Source: Eubacteriales bacterium (lineage in GTDB: Bacteria; Bacillota; Clostridia; Oscillospirales; CAG-272). Taken from it: a DNA stretch of 38,249 nucleotides. Shown here piece after piece: positions 26,929 to 36,029 of this stretch. The notes beneath the pieces were generated by a model. That model was not told the DNA's origin and searched no databases. It saw only the letters and a program-made list of their open reading frames with translations. Each line of letters opens with the position of its first letter. The stretch's first letter is position 1. The stretch is from NCBI GenBank assembly GCA_045612465.1, contig JAZKZC010000083.1, forward strand, positions 1 through 38,249, in the 5' to 3' direction. Made by a program: the position numbers and the translations under genes.

Positions 26929-27615
26929 ATGAGAAAAATAGCAATGATCCTTATCAGTTTTGTGATTATCATTTCTTTTATTGCTTGTGCTGACAAGACT
27001 GAGTTTACAGAAACAGAAAACAGAACCGTTGTGTCAACAGACGGTACCGAATATACTTTTGTCGGTATCGAGGACAGAGTTTGGTGCTTCGGAGAACGAG
27101 AGTTTCTCAGCCATGTAAAGGGAGAAAAAAAGACCTTTACTCATCTGATCGAAGAAATTAAAACAGGTATGTATTCTGTTAATAAAAGTAAAGATGTTTT
27201 GGTAAGATATTTACCCGATAATGAATTTAAGAGCATATATGTCAAATCCGAGCTCCTGAAAAAGGAAGTTCTTCTTGATAACTGCATCAGATTTGAGTTT
27301 GTGAAAGATTCAATTTTGGATGAGAAAACAACGATCTCAAATCAAGGAATAACCGAATGTAATCAATTTCTTGATGAAATCAGAAACGGACAAACAGCAA
27401 AAGAGGCAGGACTCTATGATTTGATAGAACGATCAGACGGAACAATGGAAAACTGCTATCTTTACGGATATGTTTGCGGAGTTTTGCAGGATGACCTCAA
27501 TTTAGTTATTCGTTTGAATGTATATTCCTTTGATGATAAAGCCTATTCGATTACAATTGATGATACAGAATATGTTTTGCCTAAAGAATGGATGGATAAA
27601 TTTATAACCGAATAA
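26929..27615 (+). CDS. Hypothetical lipoprotein
   Basis: RBS GAGGTG; MRK + hydrophobic stretch + FIAC lipobox; no domain recognised. Confidence 0.75.
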   Translation: MRKIAMILISFVIIISFIACADKTEFTETENRTVVSTDGTEYTFVGIEDRVWCFGEREFLSHVKGEKKTFTHLIEEIKTGMYSVNKSKDVLVRYLPDNEFKSIYVKSELLKKEVLLDNCIRFEFVKDSILDEKTTISNQGITECNQFLDEIRNGQTAKEAGLYDLIERSDGTMENCYLYGYVCGVLQDDLNLVIRLNVYSFDDKAYSITIDDTEYVLPKEWMDKFITE

Positions 27616-27658
27616 ATAATCCCCCCGACAGATTTTTGAAAACCTGTCGGGGGGTTAT
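27616..27658. terminator. GC-rich hairpin, probable bidirectional terminator
   Basis: CCCCCCGACAG...CTGTCGGGGGG between convergent genes. Confidence 0.75.
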
Positions 27659-27694
27659 CTTTACACAAATCTTTTTTGTATTCGGTATACTGTC

Positions 27695-28414
27695 TTATTC
27701 AAGAATGTTTGTCGTGATGTAGTCAACGCCCCAAGAAATGAGCTTTTCAGCTACCGCAGGATCGTCAACCGTCCAGACGTTTACCTTCAAGCCGAGATCG
27801 TGAAGCATTTTGAGGTTTTCTTCCGTGATGGAAGGGTAATGCGCATCAAGGTCAAGACGGTAATCCTTCATCCAACCTATAGTGCGCTCACTTATCTCAC
27901 CCGTCAAAAACTGCGCAGGCTGATCGGGATAAAGCTCACGTAAATAAATAAGGTCCTGAATGTGGAAGGAGATGAATATAACACCGTCAAGATAATTTTC
28001 TTCCTTGATGATGTCAACGATTTCCGCAACCTGTTCCTTTGTGAATATCGTTTTAAGTTCAAGCACGGCGATCTTTTCGTATTTCTTGCATACTCTTATA
28101 TATTCGGAAAGCAGGGGAACACGTAAATCGGTTCTTGTTGTTTTTCCGTCAATATCGTAAAGCTTTACGCTCCCTATAAGATCGTATGTCGAGTTTTCAA
28201 TAACGATATTATCCTGACCGACTCTGCCCGTTACATCGTCATGAATTACAACGTACTTTCCGTCAGCGGTTCTGTGAACGTCCGTTTCAATACCGAAGTA
28301 AGAACGGTTGCCTGCGGCAACGAATGCAGGCAGCGTGTTTTCCTTTTCAAGTCCGCTGACACCCCTGTGCGCAACCATCAGTGTCGATCCTTTGTTTATC
28401 TTAATCGTATTCAT
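27695..28414 (-). CDS. Glycerophosphodiester phosphodiesterase (GDPD family), cytoplasmic
   Basis: AHRG, ENTLPAF, IETDV, VIHD, ELK, VWTVDD and ITTN. Confidence 0.92.
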   Translation of the reverse strand: MNTIKINKGSTLMVAHRGVSGLEKENTLPAFVAAGNRSYFGIETDVHRTADGKYVVIHDDVTGRVGQDNIVIENSTYDLIGSVKLYDIDGKTTRTDLRVPLLSEYIRVCKKYEKIAVLELKTIFTKEQVAEIVDIIKEENYLDGVIFISFHIQDLIYLRELYPDQPAQFLTGEISERTIGWMKDYRLDLDAHYPSITEENLKMLHDLGLKVNVWTVDDPAVAEKLISWGVDYITTNILE

Positions 28415-28444
28415 AATTTCACCTCAATTTGTTTTGTAATAAAA

Positions 28445-29416
28445 TCACAAATTCTGTATTTTTCTGATGAGAACGTCGTTGTATTTCATCATATACATAT
28501 CTTCTTCGTACTGACCGATAGTTTTTTCATTCGCTTGTCCGTTGATATTATTCACTATCATTGTCATATGGTCACATCCGCATTCATAAGCGTGGGGGTA
28601 TCCGCCGCCGAAACGGGGATTTACCTCCGAAATGTAATATTCGCCGTTAACATCGAAAATATCAATGTCTATCTGACCCGACCAACCGCTTTTCTTGACA
28701 AAGTCCTCAATAAGCGAAAAGAGCTTTTCATCTTTGAAAGAAACAGCCTTATCTGTTTCGCCTGCCCTCATAACTATCTTCTTTTTTGTGAAGATAGAAA
28801 CGACATCGCCGCTTATCATATCAATATATACGTCAGCGCCTATTTCCTGTCCGTTCAAAAACTCCTGTATCATCAGGTTGTCATTGTGTTCGAAAAGCAG
28901 TTCAACCGTTTTCTTATCATATACTTTCGATATTGCGATACTTGCGCTTCCTCGAACAGGCTTTACAAAAACGGGATATGTTATATATCCGCTTTCGACG
29001 TCACGGTAAAATGCTTCTTTGTCGGTGTAGCTTTTAGCGCAAAGAAAACCGTTTTCTGTCAGCCAGTTGAACATTTCCATCTTGTCAAGCGCACGCTCGC
29101 ACAGCTCATACGATGAGCCGACCACGGTGACACCCGCAGATTCGAAATCTTTTTTGTGTTTTGCAAGAAGCGATAACTCGGGGTCTATCAGCGACAGTAC
29201 GCAATCGATTCTTTCTTTCTTGCATATGTCGATTACTATGTCTATGTATCCGTCAGCAGTTATTCTGGGAACTTTATAAAATTTGTCAGCCTCGTATATA
29301 GCGGGTGCAATCTCGCTCATATCCGTGACAACGACCTTACCGCTGCCTCCGAACGCCCGTTTGAAATACTGTACTATTTTGTTGCGTGTTCCAACGCTCA
29401 ATATTAAGATATTCAT
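28445..29416 (-). CDS. ATP-grasp ligase (carbamoyl-phosphate-synthase-like/PylC-like, of the type found in polysaccharide loci)
   Basis: MNILILSVG, LIDPEL, ALDK, PVFVKPVRGSAS, IQEFLNGQE and SEVNPRFGGGYP. ATG 29416 has AAGGA upstream. Confidence 0.88.
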   Translation of the reverse strand: MNILILSVGTRNKIVQYFKRAFGGSGKVVVTDMSEIAPAIYEADKFYKVPRITADGYIDIVIDICKKERIDCVLSLIDPELSLLAKHKKDFESAGVTVVGSSYELCERALDKMEMFNWLTENGFLCAKSYTDKEAFYRDVESGYITYPVFVKPVRGSASIAISKVYDKKTVELLFEHNDNLMIQEFLNGQEIGADVYIDMISGDVVSIFTKKKIVMRAGETDKAVSFKDEKLFSLIEDFVKKSGWSGQIDIDIFDVNGEYYISEVNPRFGGGYPHAYECGCDHMTMIVNNINGQANEKTIGQYEEDMYMMKYNDVLIRKIQNL

Positions 29417-29418
29417 TT

Positions 29419-30360
29419 TCAAATTTCCTTTAAATAATCAAAAAATAATGGTGTTCCGCCCGTGTGTATAAACAGAACTTTTTTGCCGCGTATATCAAAT
29501 TTTTTCAAATATTCTTTCATTCCCCAGAACGCTTTTCCTGTATACGTTCTGTTTAACGGAATACCGTATTTTGTAAGAACGTCTTTTATTGTATCATCAA
29601 TTTCCGAGTTATACTTTCCGTATCCGTCAAGCACATAGTCATCTGTGAAGATAATATGTTTAGAATAATCTTCGTTTGATCCAAGTGATGCCATATATTC
29701 ATTCACACTGTCTTGAACCACTTTTCCGCCGCGTTCTTTGTTGCGTGCTATGCTGATGCCGACAATTTCGTTTTTTGCTTTTTTAAGTATCTTCCCGCAA
29801 ACAAGTCCGGCTTGTGTTGTGCCTGTTCCCGAAGCGTGAAAAATGTAATCGAATTTGATGTTATTTTCATTTTCGTAGTCGGTTATTTCGGAAAAACAGT
29901 CAACGTATGCCTGTGTTCCCGGATTGCCGTGGCCGCCGCCCATGATGAAGTATGGATTATAGCCTTGTTTTTTTAAGCTTGCCATAACGTCATCTATGGT
30001 TTGTGAAACGGCTGAAAGCGGTGAAAGTACTATTTCAGCGCCGAAACAACTGACCATCATTGAATTGAATGTCTTTTCTTCGTCCGATGACGGAACGATT
30101 ATGACGCACTTCCATTTCATTGAAGCGGCCATGTTTGCGATAATTCTGCAATGATTTGAGCTGTTGCTTCCGTAAGTAACCACACAGTCTGCGTGATTTC
30201 TTACTATGTCTTCCAAAAAGTACACAGCCTTTCTTGCTTTGTTTCCTCCGAAAGAAAACGGCAAAAGATCATCACGTTTTATGTAAAGCTCGTTACTGTT
30301 TAATTGTTCCAGCTTCTGTATTAATGTCGGTGTTAAGCGCTTGCTTTCTGCGGTATTCAT
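29419..30360 (-). CDS. PLP-dependent enzyme, D-cysteine desulfhydrase/ACC deaminase family
   Basis: IKRDDL...GGNKARK (PLP lysine), SNHCR, SGTGTTQAGL, YTGKAF and FIHTGG. ATG 30360 has GGAGGA upstream. Confidence 0.88.
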   Translation of the reverse strand: MNTAESKRLTPTLIQKLEQLNSNELYIKRDDLLPFSFGGNKARKAVYFLEDIVRNHADCVVTYGSNSSNHCRIIANMAASMKWKCVIIVPSSDEEKTFNSMMVSCFGAEIVLSPLSAVSQTIDDVMASLKKQGYNPYFIMGGGHGNPGTQAYVDCFSEITDYENENNIKFDYIFHASGTGTTQAGLVCGKILKKAKNEIVGISIARNKERGGKVVQDSVNEYMASLGSNEDYSKHIIFTDDYVLDGYGKYNSEIDDTIKDVLTKYGIPLNRTYTGKAFWGMKEYLKKFDIRGKKVLFIHTGGTPLFFDYLKEI

Positions 30361-30961
30361 CGAAATCCTCCAAGGCATTAAGTGAAATATCATCGGACGA
30401 CAAAACGGACTTTACCGTATCTATAATGATTTTTACGTCACCGATAAAGGTCACGTTTTCGGCATATTTTACATCAAGTTCAAAACGTTTTTCCCAGCTG
30501 ACCATATTTCTTCCGCTTACTTGTGCCAAGCCCGTCAAACCGGGGCGCACGTCGTGGCGGTGACGTTCTTTTTCCGTGTAGTAGGGAAGATACCTGACAA
30601 GCAAGGGACGGGGACCTACGATAGACATATCTCCTTTGCAAATGTTCAGAAGCTCGGGAATTTCATCAAGTGAAGTACCCCTGAGAAATTTTCCGTATTT
30701 TGTTATGCGCAATTCATCAGGCAAAAGATTTCCGTCTTTGTCTTTTTCGTTGCTCATTGTTCTGAATTTTATCAGTTTGAATATTTTTTCTTCACCTGTC
30801 TTTTTGTCGATTTTACCCGGGCGGAGCTGTGTGAAAAAAGGATTTCCTTTTACAGCTACAGCGCCTATTATTATCAAAATAACAAATATCGGTGAGAGAA
30901 CCAACAAAGCTGTAAATGACAGGAAAAAATCCAATAATCTTTTAAAACATCTTGCGTACAT
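30293..30961 (-). CDS. Bacterial sugar transferase (small monotopic phosphoglycosyl transferase, PglC-like)
   Basis: KRLLD, FTQLRPG, KFRTM, SLDEIPEL, MSIVGPRP, RPGLTGLAQV and FELDVKY. Confidence 0.93.
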   Translation of the reverse strand: MYARCFKRLLDFFLSFTALLVLSPIFVILIIIGAVAVKGNPFFTQLRPGKIDKKTGEEKIFKLIKFRTMSNEKDKDGNLLPDELRITKYGKFLRGTSLDEIPELLNICKGDMSIVGPRPLLVRYLPYYTEKERHRHDVRPGLTGLAQVSGRNMVSWEKRFELDVKYAENVTFIGDVKIIIDTVKSVLSSDDISLNALEDFDEYRRKQALNTDINTEAGTIKQ

Positions 30962-31036
30962 AATATGTAAACCTCAATTTTTGAAAACATACTGCCGAAC
31001 GGCAAATAGGCTATGAGATAATATCCTATTTACATC

Positions 31037-31065
31037 ATTATAATACCTGCTGTATCTGTTGTCAA
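31037..31065 (-). promoter_or_regulatory. sigma-A promoter of the sugar-transferase operon
   Basis: Minus strand perfect TTGACA-17 bp-TATAAT. Confidence 0.85.
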
Positions 31066-31073
31066 GCGGAAAA

Positions 31074-33671
31074 TTATATTTTATTTCTTTTTGTAATTAA
31101 TTTTCGAATAAGGTCGAGGGGGATTATCAATGAGGAGAGAAGTAATACGAAAGCAAGCTCGTATAAACTGAGCGGTGCGCATCGGAATATGCTTCCGCCG
31201 AAATACATAAGTCCAAGCTGTACAGCTATGACAAGCAGTATTATCGGTGTGAAGAAACGGTTTTCTTTCAGATGCGAAAACAGATTGAGTCTGTGCGTTC
31301 TTGTGTTGAAGCAGTTGAATATTCCCGAAAATACGAAAAGTCCGAAAAATCCGCAGTAGAATTCCTGCGTGTTACCGCCGAAGAACGATGCAACAAAATC
31401 GGACGTAAGATACCACAGCATCAGTCCGACACATACCGTTCCGCAGTATACTATGTTGTACATCATAGGCTTTGTAAGCACGGCGTCACCCCTGCCAGAC
31501 GGGGGTACTTTCATATATTCCTCACGTGCCTGCTCACCTGCAAATGCAAGCCCTGCCAGCGTATCCATGATTATGTTTATCCAGAGCATCTGAAGAACCG
31601 TTACGGGTGTTTCACAGCCTATAAGCGGTGCGAAAAGAGAAATTGCCACGGCGCAGAAATTCATCGTAAGCTGGAAAATAAGAAATTTTTTGATGCTTCT
31701 GAATATCGTCCGCCCGTACGTTACGGCTTTCGTTATCGACGCAATATTGTCGTCAAGTATTATGATGTCGGATGCCTGCTTCGCAACGTCAGAGGCGGAA
31801 CCGGGGGCAAAACCGACGTCTGCGCGCTTCAAGGCGGGTGAATCGTTTATGCCGTCGCCCGTCATCCCCGTTACAAGTCCGTCCTCCATACAAATCCGCA
31901 CAAGCCTGCTTTTATCCTCTGGGTAAGCACGCGCAACGACGGCGACGTCGGGTAGTATCTGCCTCAATTCGTTATCCGTAAGATTTGCCATTTCCGCACC
32001 CGTCACGATACGCCTGCGCTTCGAAGTGATTATACCTGCTTGCACCGCCACGGCTTTTGCCGTTTCGGGACTGTCGCCCGTTATCATAACGACATCAACA
32101 CCTGCGCTGTGAAGTCGTGTGACGGCACCCTTTGCCTCGGTTCTCAAACCGTCTTTCATAACAGCGGCGCATATAAGCGTAAGGCTGTTTTCGTCTGAAT
32201 CCGAATACGCAAGCAGCACAACACGGCATGCCATATTTGCTTTTTCTTTGATGTTTTTTAAAAACGAAGTGTCAACGGGAATAATATTTCCGTTTTTATC
32301 GATACCGTTTTTACATTTTGAAATAAGTACCTCGTATGCGCCCTTTATATAAAAACGCTTTTTGCCGTCTTTCTTTGCAAGACACGACGAAAACTTTCTT
32401 TCGCTTGTGAATTCAGTTTGTTTTATGAGCGAAATACCGTCGGCACATTTCAGATCGGCTGATGTGAAAAGCGCTCTGTCGGTGCTGTTACCGCCGATAA
32501 TTTCATTTCCGTTCGTTTTGCACGACGTATTTAGTCCCGCACATTCGCTGAAACTGATATAAGCATCGGTGTTTTTAAACTGTGACAGCGATAACGTGTT
32601 TCCGTTTGAAAGTATCACTTCCGTTACGTTCGGATGACCGTATGTAAGCGTTCCCGTTTTGTCGGTGAAAAGTATGTTCATGCATCCTGCTGTTTCGATT
32701 CCCACGGGCTTACGCACGAGCACGTTGTCATCTTTCATTTTTTTGATGTTCGCGGACAAAACGACACCGATCATCATCGGAAGTCCTTCGGGAACAGATA
32801 CTATAATTACAGTTAAAGCAAGCGTCAGCGCGTGCAGAAGTGCGCCGAACAAAAGAGAGGGAGTCGATATGAATGACGCAATAAGTTCACGGTTGTATGC
32901 GTTATCTATAACCACGGTGTTAAAAAGGTCTGCAAATGCCACAAAAAATGCGGAGAGAAATCCGAGTTTGCTTATTGTTTTTGCAAGTTTGCCGAGCTTT
33001 TCTTTAAGCGGACTTTCTGCGCTTTTTACTTGTAGCTCGCCCGCTATTTTGCCGTAATACGTTCTGTCGCCTATCTGCATTACACGCATTACACCCTCGC
33101 CCTCGCAAATGACAGCTCCCGCCAGAAGTGTGTTTTGCGAAGAAATGTCACCGAGTTTATCGTCCTTGCACGGAAGCTTGACGACCTCACGGCTTTCGCC
33201 GTTCAATGCCGCTTGATTTACGTTTATCCGTCCGTTTATTATTACACCGTCGGCATATATTTTTTCGCCCGAAATGAGCATTACGAGGTCACCGCAGACA
33301 AGCTCCGAGGATGAAATCGTACAAAGCGTGCCGTTTCGCATGACCGTGCAGGTGCTTTTTTCGCTTTCTTCAAGGAGTGACAAAAACGCTCCCTCTGAAC
33401 CGTACTCCGAAGCGGCAGAAATAAGCGTTGAAATGAGAATTGCAGAAAGAATTCCGACGGCCTCGTACGGGTTGAAATCACGTAACCAGAAGATTGCATT
33501 CAAAAACAGCGCAAACAGTAAAATTTTGATTATCGGATCGTTAAATGAGTATATAAACTGCTTTATAAAGGAATGGCGTTTGTGCTTCGTTACGGTGTTT
33601 TTTCCGTATTTTTCGGCGGATATTCTGACTTCTTCGGAAGAAAGTCCTTTTAAATTTTCATATGTTACCAT
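31074..33671 (-). CDS. P-type ATPase, type II (probably calcium-translocating)
   Basis: LNGES, VPEGLP, DKTGTLT, KGA, MITGD, GDGINDSPAL and LWINIIMD. ATG 33671 has GGGAGA upstream. Confidence 0.93.
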   Translation of the reverse strand: MVTYENLKGLSSEEVRISAEKYGKNTVTKHKRHSFIKQFIYSFNDPIIKILLFALFLNAIFWLRDFNPYEAVGILSAILISTLISAASEYGSEGAFLSLLEESEKSTCTVMRNGTLCTISSSELVCGDLVMLISGEKIYADGVIINGRINVNQAALNGESREVVKLPCKDDKLGDISSQNTLLAGAVICEGEGVMRVMQIGDRTYYGKIAGELQVKSAESPLKEKLGKLAKTISKLGFLSAFFVAFADLFNTVVIDNAYNRELIASFISTPSLLFGALLHALTLALTVIIVSVPEGLPMMIGVVLSANIKKMKDDNVLVRKPVGIETAGCMNILFTDKTGTLTYGHPNVTEVILSNGNTLSLSQFKNTDAYISFSECAGLNTSCKTNGNEIIGGNSTDRALFTSADLKCADGISLIKQTEFTSERKFSSCLAKKDGKKRFYIKGAYEVLISKCKNGIDKNGNIIPVDTSFLKNIKEKANMACRVVLLAYSDSDENSLTLICAAVMKDGLRTEAKGAVTRLHSAGVDVVMITGDSPETAKAVAVQAGIITSKRRRIVTGAEMANLTDNELRQILPDVAVVARAYPEDKSRLVRICMEDGLVTGMTGDGINDSPALKRADVGFAPGSASDVAKQASDIIILDDNIASITKAVTYGRTIFRSIKKFLIFQLTMNFCAVAISLFAPLIGCETPVTVLQMLWINIIMDTLAGLAFAGEQAREEYMKVPPSGRGDAVLTKPMMYNIVYCGTVCVGLMLWYLTSDFVASFFGGNTQEFYCGFFGLFVFSGIFNCFNTRTHRLNLFSHLKENRFFTPIILLVIAVQLGLMYFGGSIFRCAPLSLYELAFVLLLSSLIIPLDLIRKLITKRNKI

Positions 33672-33713
33672 TGAAAAATCTCCCAAAAATTAAATTATTT
33701 TAAATCTTGTTTA

Positions 33714-33742
33714 TTGCAATATCATAAACCGTATGGTAAAAT
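33714..33742 (+). promoter_or_regulatory. sigma-A promoter of the DHHW-YitT-GHL10 operon
   Basis: TTGCAA-17 bp-TAAAAT with an extended TG. Confidence 0.6.
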
Positions 33743-33811
33743 GCAAATACGTCAAGTGTGATATATTTATTCACGAGATTAAAATAAAATGAATGTAATT
33801 GAGGATCGGTA

Positions 33812-36028
33812 ATGACTAAAAAAGTTAAAATTTCAATCATAACAGCAGTATGCGTGACAGTTATAGCAGCAATCCTTTACTTTGTTCTCGCGTGTGTATC
33901 CGTTTATAAAGAGGGGTATTCACAAAGTGAGGGAATGGGATTTTTCCAAAAGGTCACTCACAGCGCTTCCGATGTTATATCGGGCCCGCCGTCGCTTATC
34001 TGGCGCAAGGTGGTATATAACGTTACAGGTAACGTGTCGTCGGATAACGTGAAAAGCGGAGATGACGGATTTCTTTTCCCCGTGAAAAACGATAGCTTTG
34101 ATTACCGCGCGGACTTCCGCGGTGAGTACGGGTATACCGACGAGCAGTATAAAAAAATCACTGATAATCTTGAAAAAATAAGCTTGGAATACGAAAAGGG
34201 CGGAGCCGATTATTATCTTTATATAATACCCAACAGTCAGAGTGTGTATGATACTTTGGCGCCGTTCGGTGACGCTGTTTCGGAAAACACGCGTGCAGAG
34301 GGACTTCTTCGCTATCTTTCTGAAAACACAAAAATAAATGCCGACATCCTCGCGGATGAGCTGAAAGCAGTGCAGAGCGACCGCGTTTTATATCACAATA
34401 CGTCAAACGAAATAAATGCCGTCGGTGCTTATTACGTTTACGACAGCATAAGGACGAAAATGCCGAATGACGTCAAGGACAGCGCGCTTGATGTGAGTAT
34501 TGATTCTCTCGATGTAACTTTGACGGAAACTGACGGCAAAGACCTTGCGTTTTGCATAGGACTCGAAAAGTCGGTTAAAAATAACACATATACAGTTGAT
34601 CTTTCGTCACTCGAAAAAAGATACACAGCAAAAGAAAAAGACGGAATTACCGTAACGTCGCTCAAAGCATCACAGGGTGTTTCGGGCACCTCATCGGTGC
34701 TTATTCAGATTCCGTCACAAAATGAGCGCGCAATGCTCAAAACGTATTTTTCATCAACTTATACGGACGTTACCGTTACGCCTGACATATTCTTCCATAC
34801 ACCCGAAAAAACCGTTTCGGCTGTTGTTCAGGTGATAAGAGAGGATGAAATCGACGTTCTTCTCGATGATTCTGCCATTAACTCATATAACGGCGGCGCT
34901 GATAACGGTACCGAAACCGCGAAACCCGTTGTATACACATCGCTGTGCGTTGAGCGCGGAACCACTGTCATATTCGGTAAAGCCGAGGACGGAGCGGTGA
35001 TAGAAGCAAAAGCGGGGAACAAATCCTCAAGTACCGTTTGTTACGACGGGCTGTTCATAATCTCCGTTGAAAACGGTACGCGCAGTATAAGTATAACGGC
35101 GGAAAAAGAGGGCAAGAGCATTTCAGCTCCCGTGTCCGTCACACCGTCAAACGTTCTTGCGCAAAGCGATACGGTGATCATCGGAACAGATTCAAGACTC
35201 TACTATACGGAAACGATAAGAGATTTCACAAAGCAAAATACTTTTGCCGACAAACAGCTTACGTATTTACAGCGTCAGTTCAATATACAGCTCAACGAGA
35301 TAAGAAAGTTCACGGGTAAAAATACGGAAATGATAATTCTGTGCGCGCCCAATCCCGCAACAATATACGGCTCGGAGGGGCTTCCCGAAGATATAACTTC
35401 GCGTGTTTCGAAGAAAAATAAGAGCAGACTTGAGCTGTTTACGGAAAGTATTTCCGAAATCGACGGAATTACAGCCATTGATATTTCCGATGTTATGCTT
35501 GAAAATAAGGACATCGGCAAGCTGTATTATCAGACGGACACACACTGGACGGAGCTTGGCGCATATTTCGGTTACCGCGCAATTATGGAAAAGGTTGCCG
35601 AAAAGCATCCGCTTGCAGCACCGTACAGCCTCAACGATTTCAAAATAAGATACAACGAAGATATAGGCGGTGACCTTGCGGGCTTCCTCGATATTGACAA
35701 CAGAATAAGAGAAAACGTACCGCACCTCGTACTCCGCGGTGAAAGTAAGATAAACGAACAGTATGATAAACCCGATACTATATCGCGTCCCGAGGGAGTT
35801 GAAGATATAAGATTCACGGTAAGCAATGATGAGCTTCCCACAGCATATCTCATACGTGACTCGTACGCAATGCAGTTGATACCGCAGATAGGCGAACATT
35901 TTTCGGAGCTTTACATTGAAGAAATGTGGAATTACGAAATTGATTACAATGTTTTGCGTGAACTTAAACCCGATTACGTTATTTATGTTATCGCGGAAAG
36001 AAATATAGGTCCTACGTTTATGAATTAA
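33812..36028 (+). CDS. Membrane-anchored tandem DHHW/AlgX-like SGNH-fold O-acetyltransferase-family protein
   Basis: N-terminal TM helix. The C-terminal copy has LYYQTDTHWTELGAY, GDLA and LIRDSY; the N-terminal copy is degenerate (LYHNTSNEINAVGAY). Confidence 0.8.
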   Translation: MTKKVKISIITAVCVTVIAAILYFVLACVSVYKEGYSQSEGMGFFQKVTHSASDVISGPPSLIWRKVVYNVTGNVSSDNVKSGDDGFLFPVKNDSFDYRADFRGEYGYTDEQYKKITDNLEKISLEYEKGGADYYLYIIPNSQSVYDTLAPFGDAVSENTRAEGLLRYLSENTKINADILADELKAVQSDRVLYHNTSNEINAVGAYYVYDSIRTKMPNDVKDSALDVSIDSLDVTLTETDGKDLAFCIGLEKSVKNNTYTVDLSSLEKRYTAKEKDGITVTSLKASQGVSGTSSVLIQIPSQNERAMLKTYFSSTYTDVTVTPDIFFHTPEKTVSAVVQVIREDEIDVLLDDSAINSYNGGADNGTETAKPVVYTSLCVERGTTVIFGKAEDGAVIEAKAGNKSSSTVCYDGLFIISVENGTRSISITAEKEGKSISAPVSVTPSNVLAQSDTVIIGTDSRLYYTETIRDFTKQNTFADKQLTYLQRQFNIQLNEIRKFTGKNTEMIILCAPNPATIYGSEGLPEDITSRVSKKNKSRLELFTESISEIDGITAIDISDVMLENKDIGKLYYQTDTHWTELGAYFGYRAIMEKVAEKHPLAAPYSLNDFKIRYNEDIGGDLAGFLDIDNRIRENVPHLVLRGESKINEQYDKPDTISRPEGVEDIRFTVSNDELPTAYLIRDSYAMQLIPQIGEHFSELYIEEMWNYEIDYNVLRELKPDYVIYVIAERNIGPTFMN

Positions 36029-36029
36029 T

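Noticed and set aside
28241-29116. 291-aa plus-strand ORF
   Set aside because: Antisense shadow of the ATP-grasp and GDPD genes, with no RBS or motifs.
28445-29416. carB or pyrrolysine pylC call
   Set aside because: Far too short for CarB, and there are no carA or pyl genes. Only the fold family is supported.
29419-30360. ACC deaminase (acdS) call
   Set aside because: The diagnostic Glu and Leu positions are both Thr (YTGKA, HTGG).
30985-31032. Small hairpins in the sugar-transferase 5' UTR as a riboswitch or antitermination signal
   Set aside because: The stems are short, there is no terminator or known aptamer motif, and the loop is not a canonical cUNCGg.
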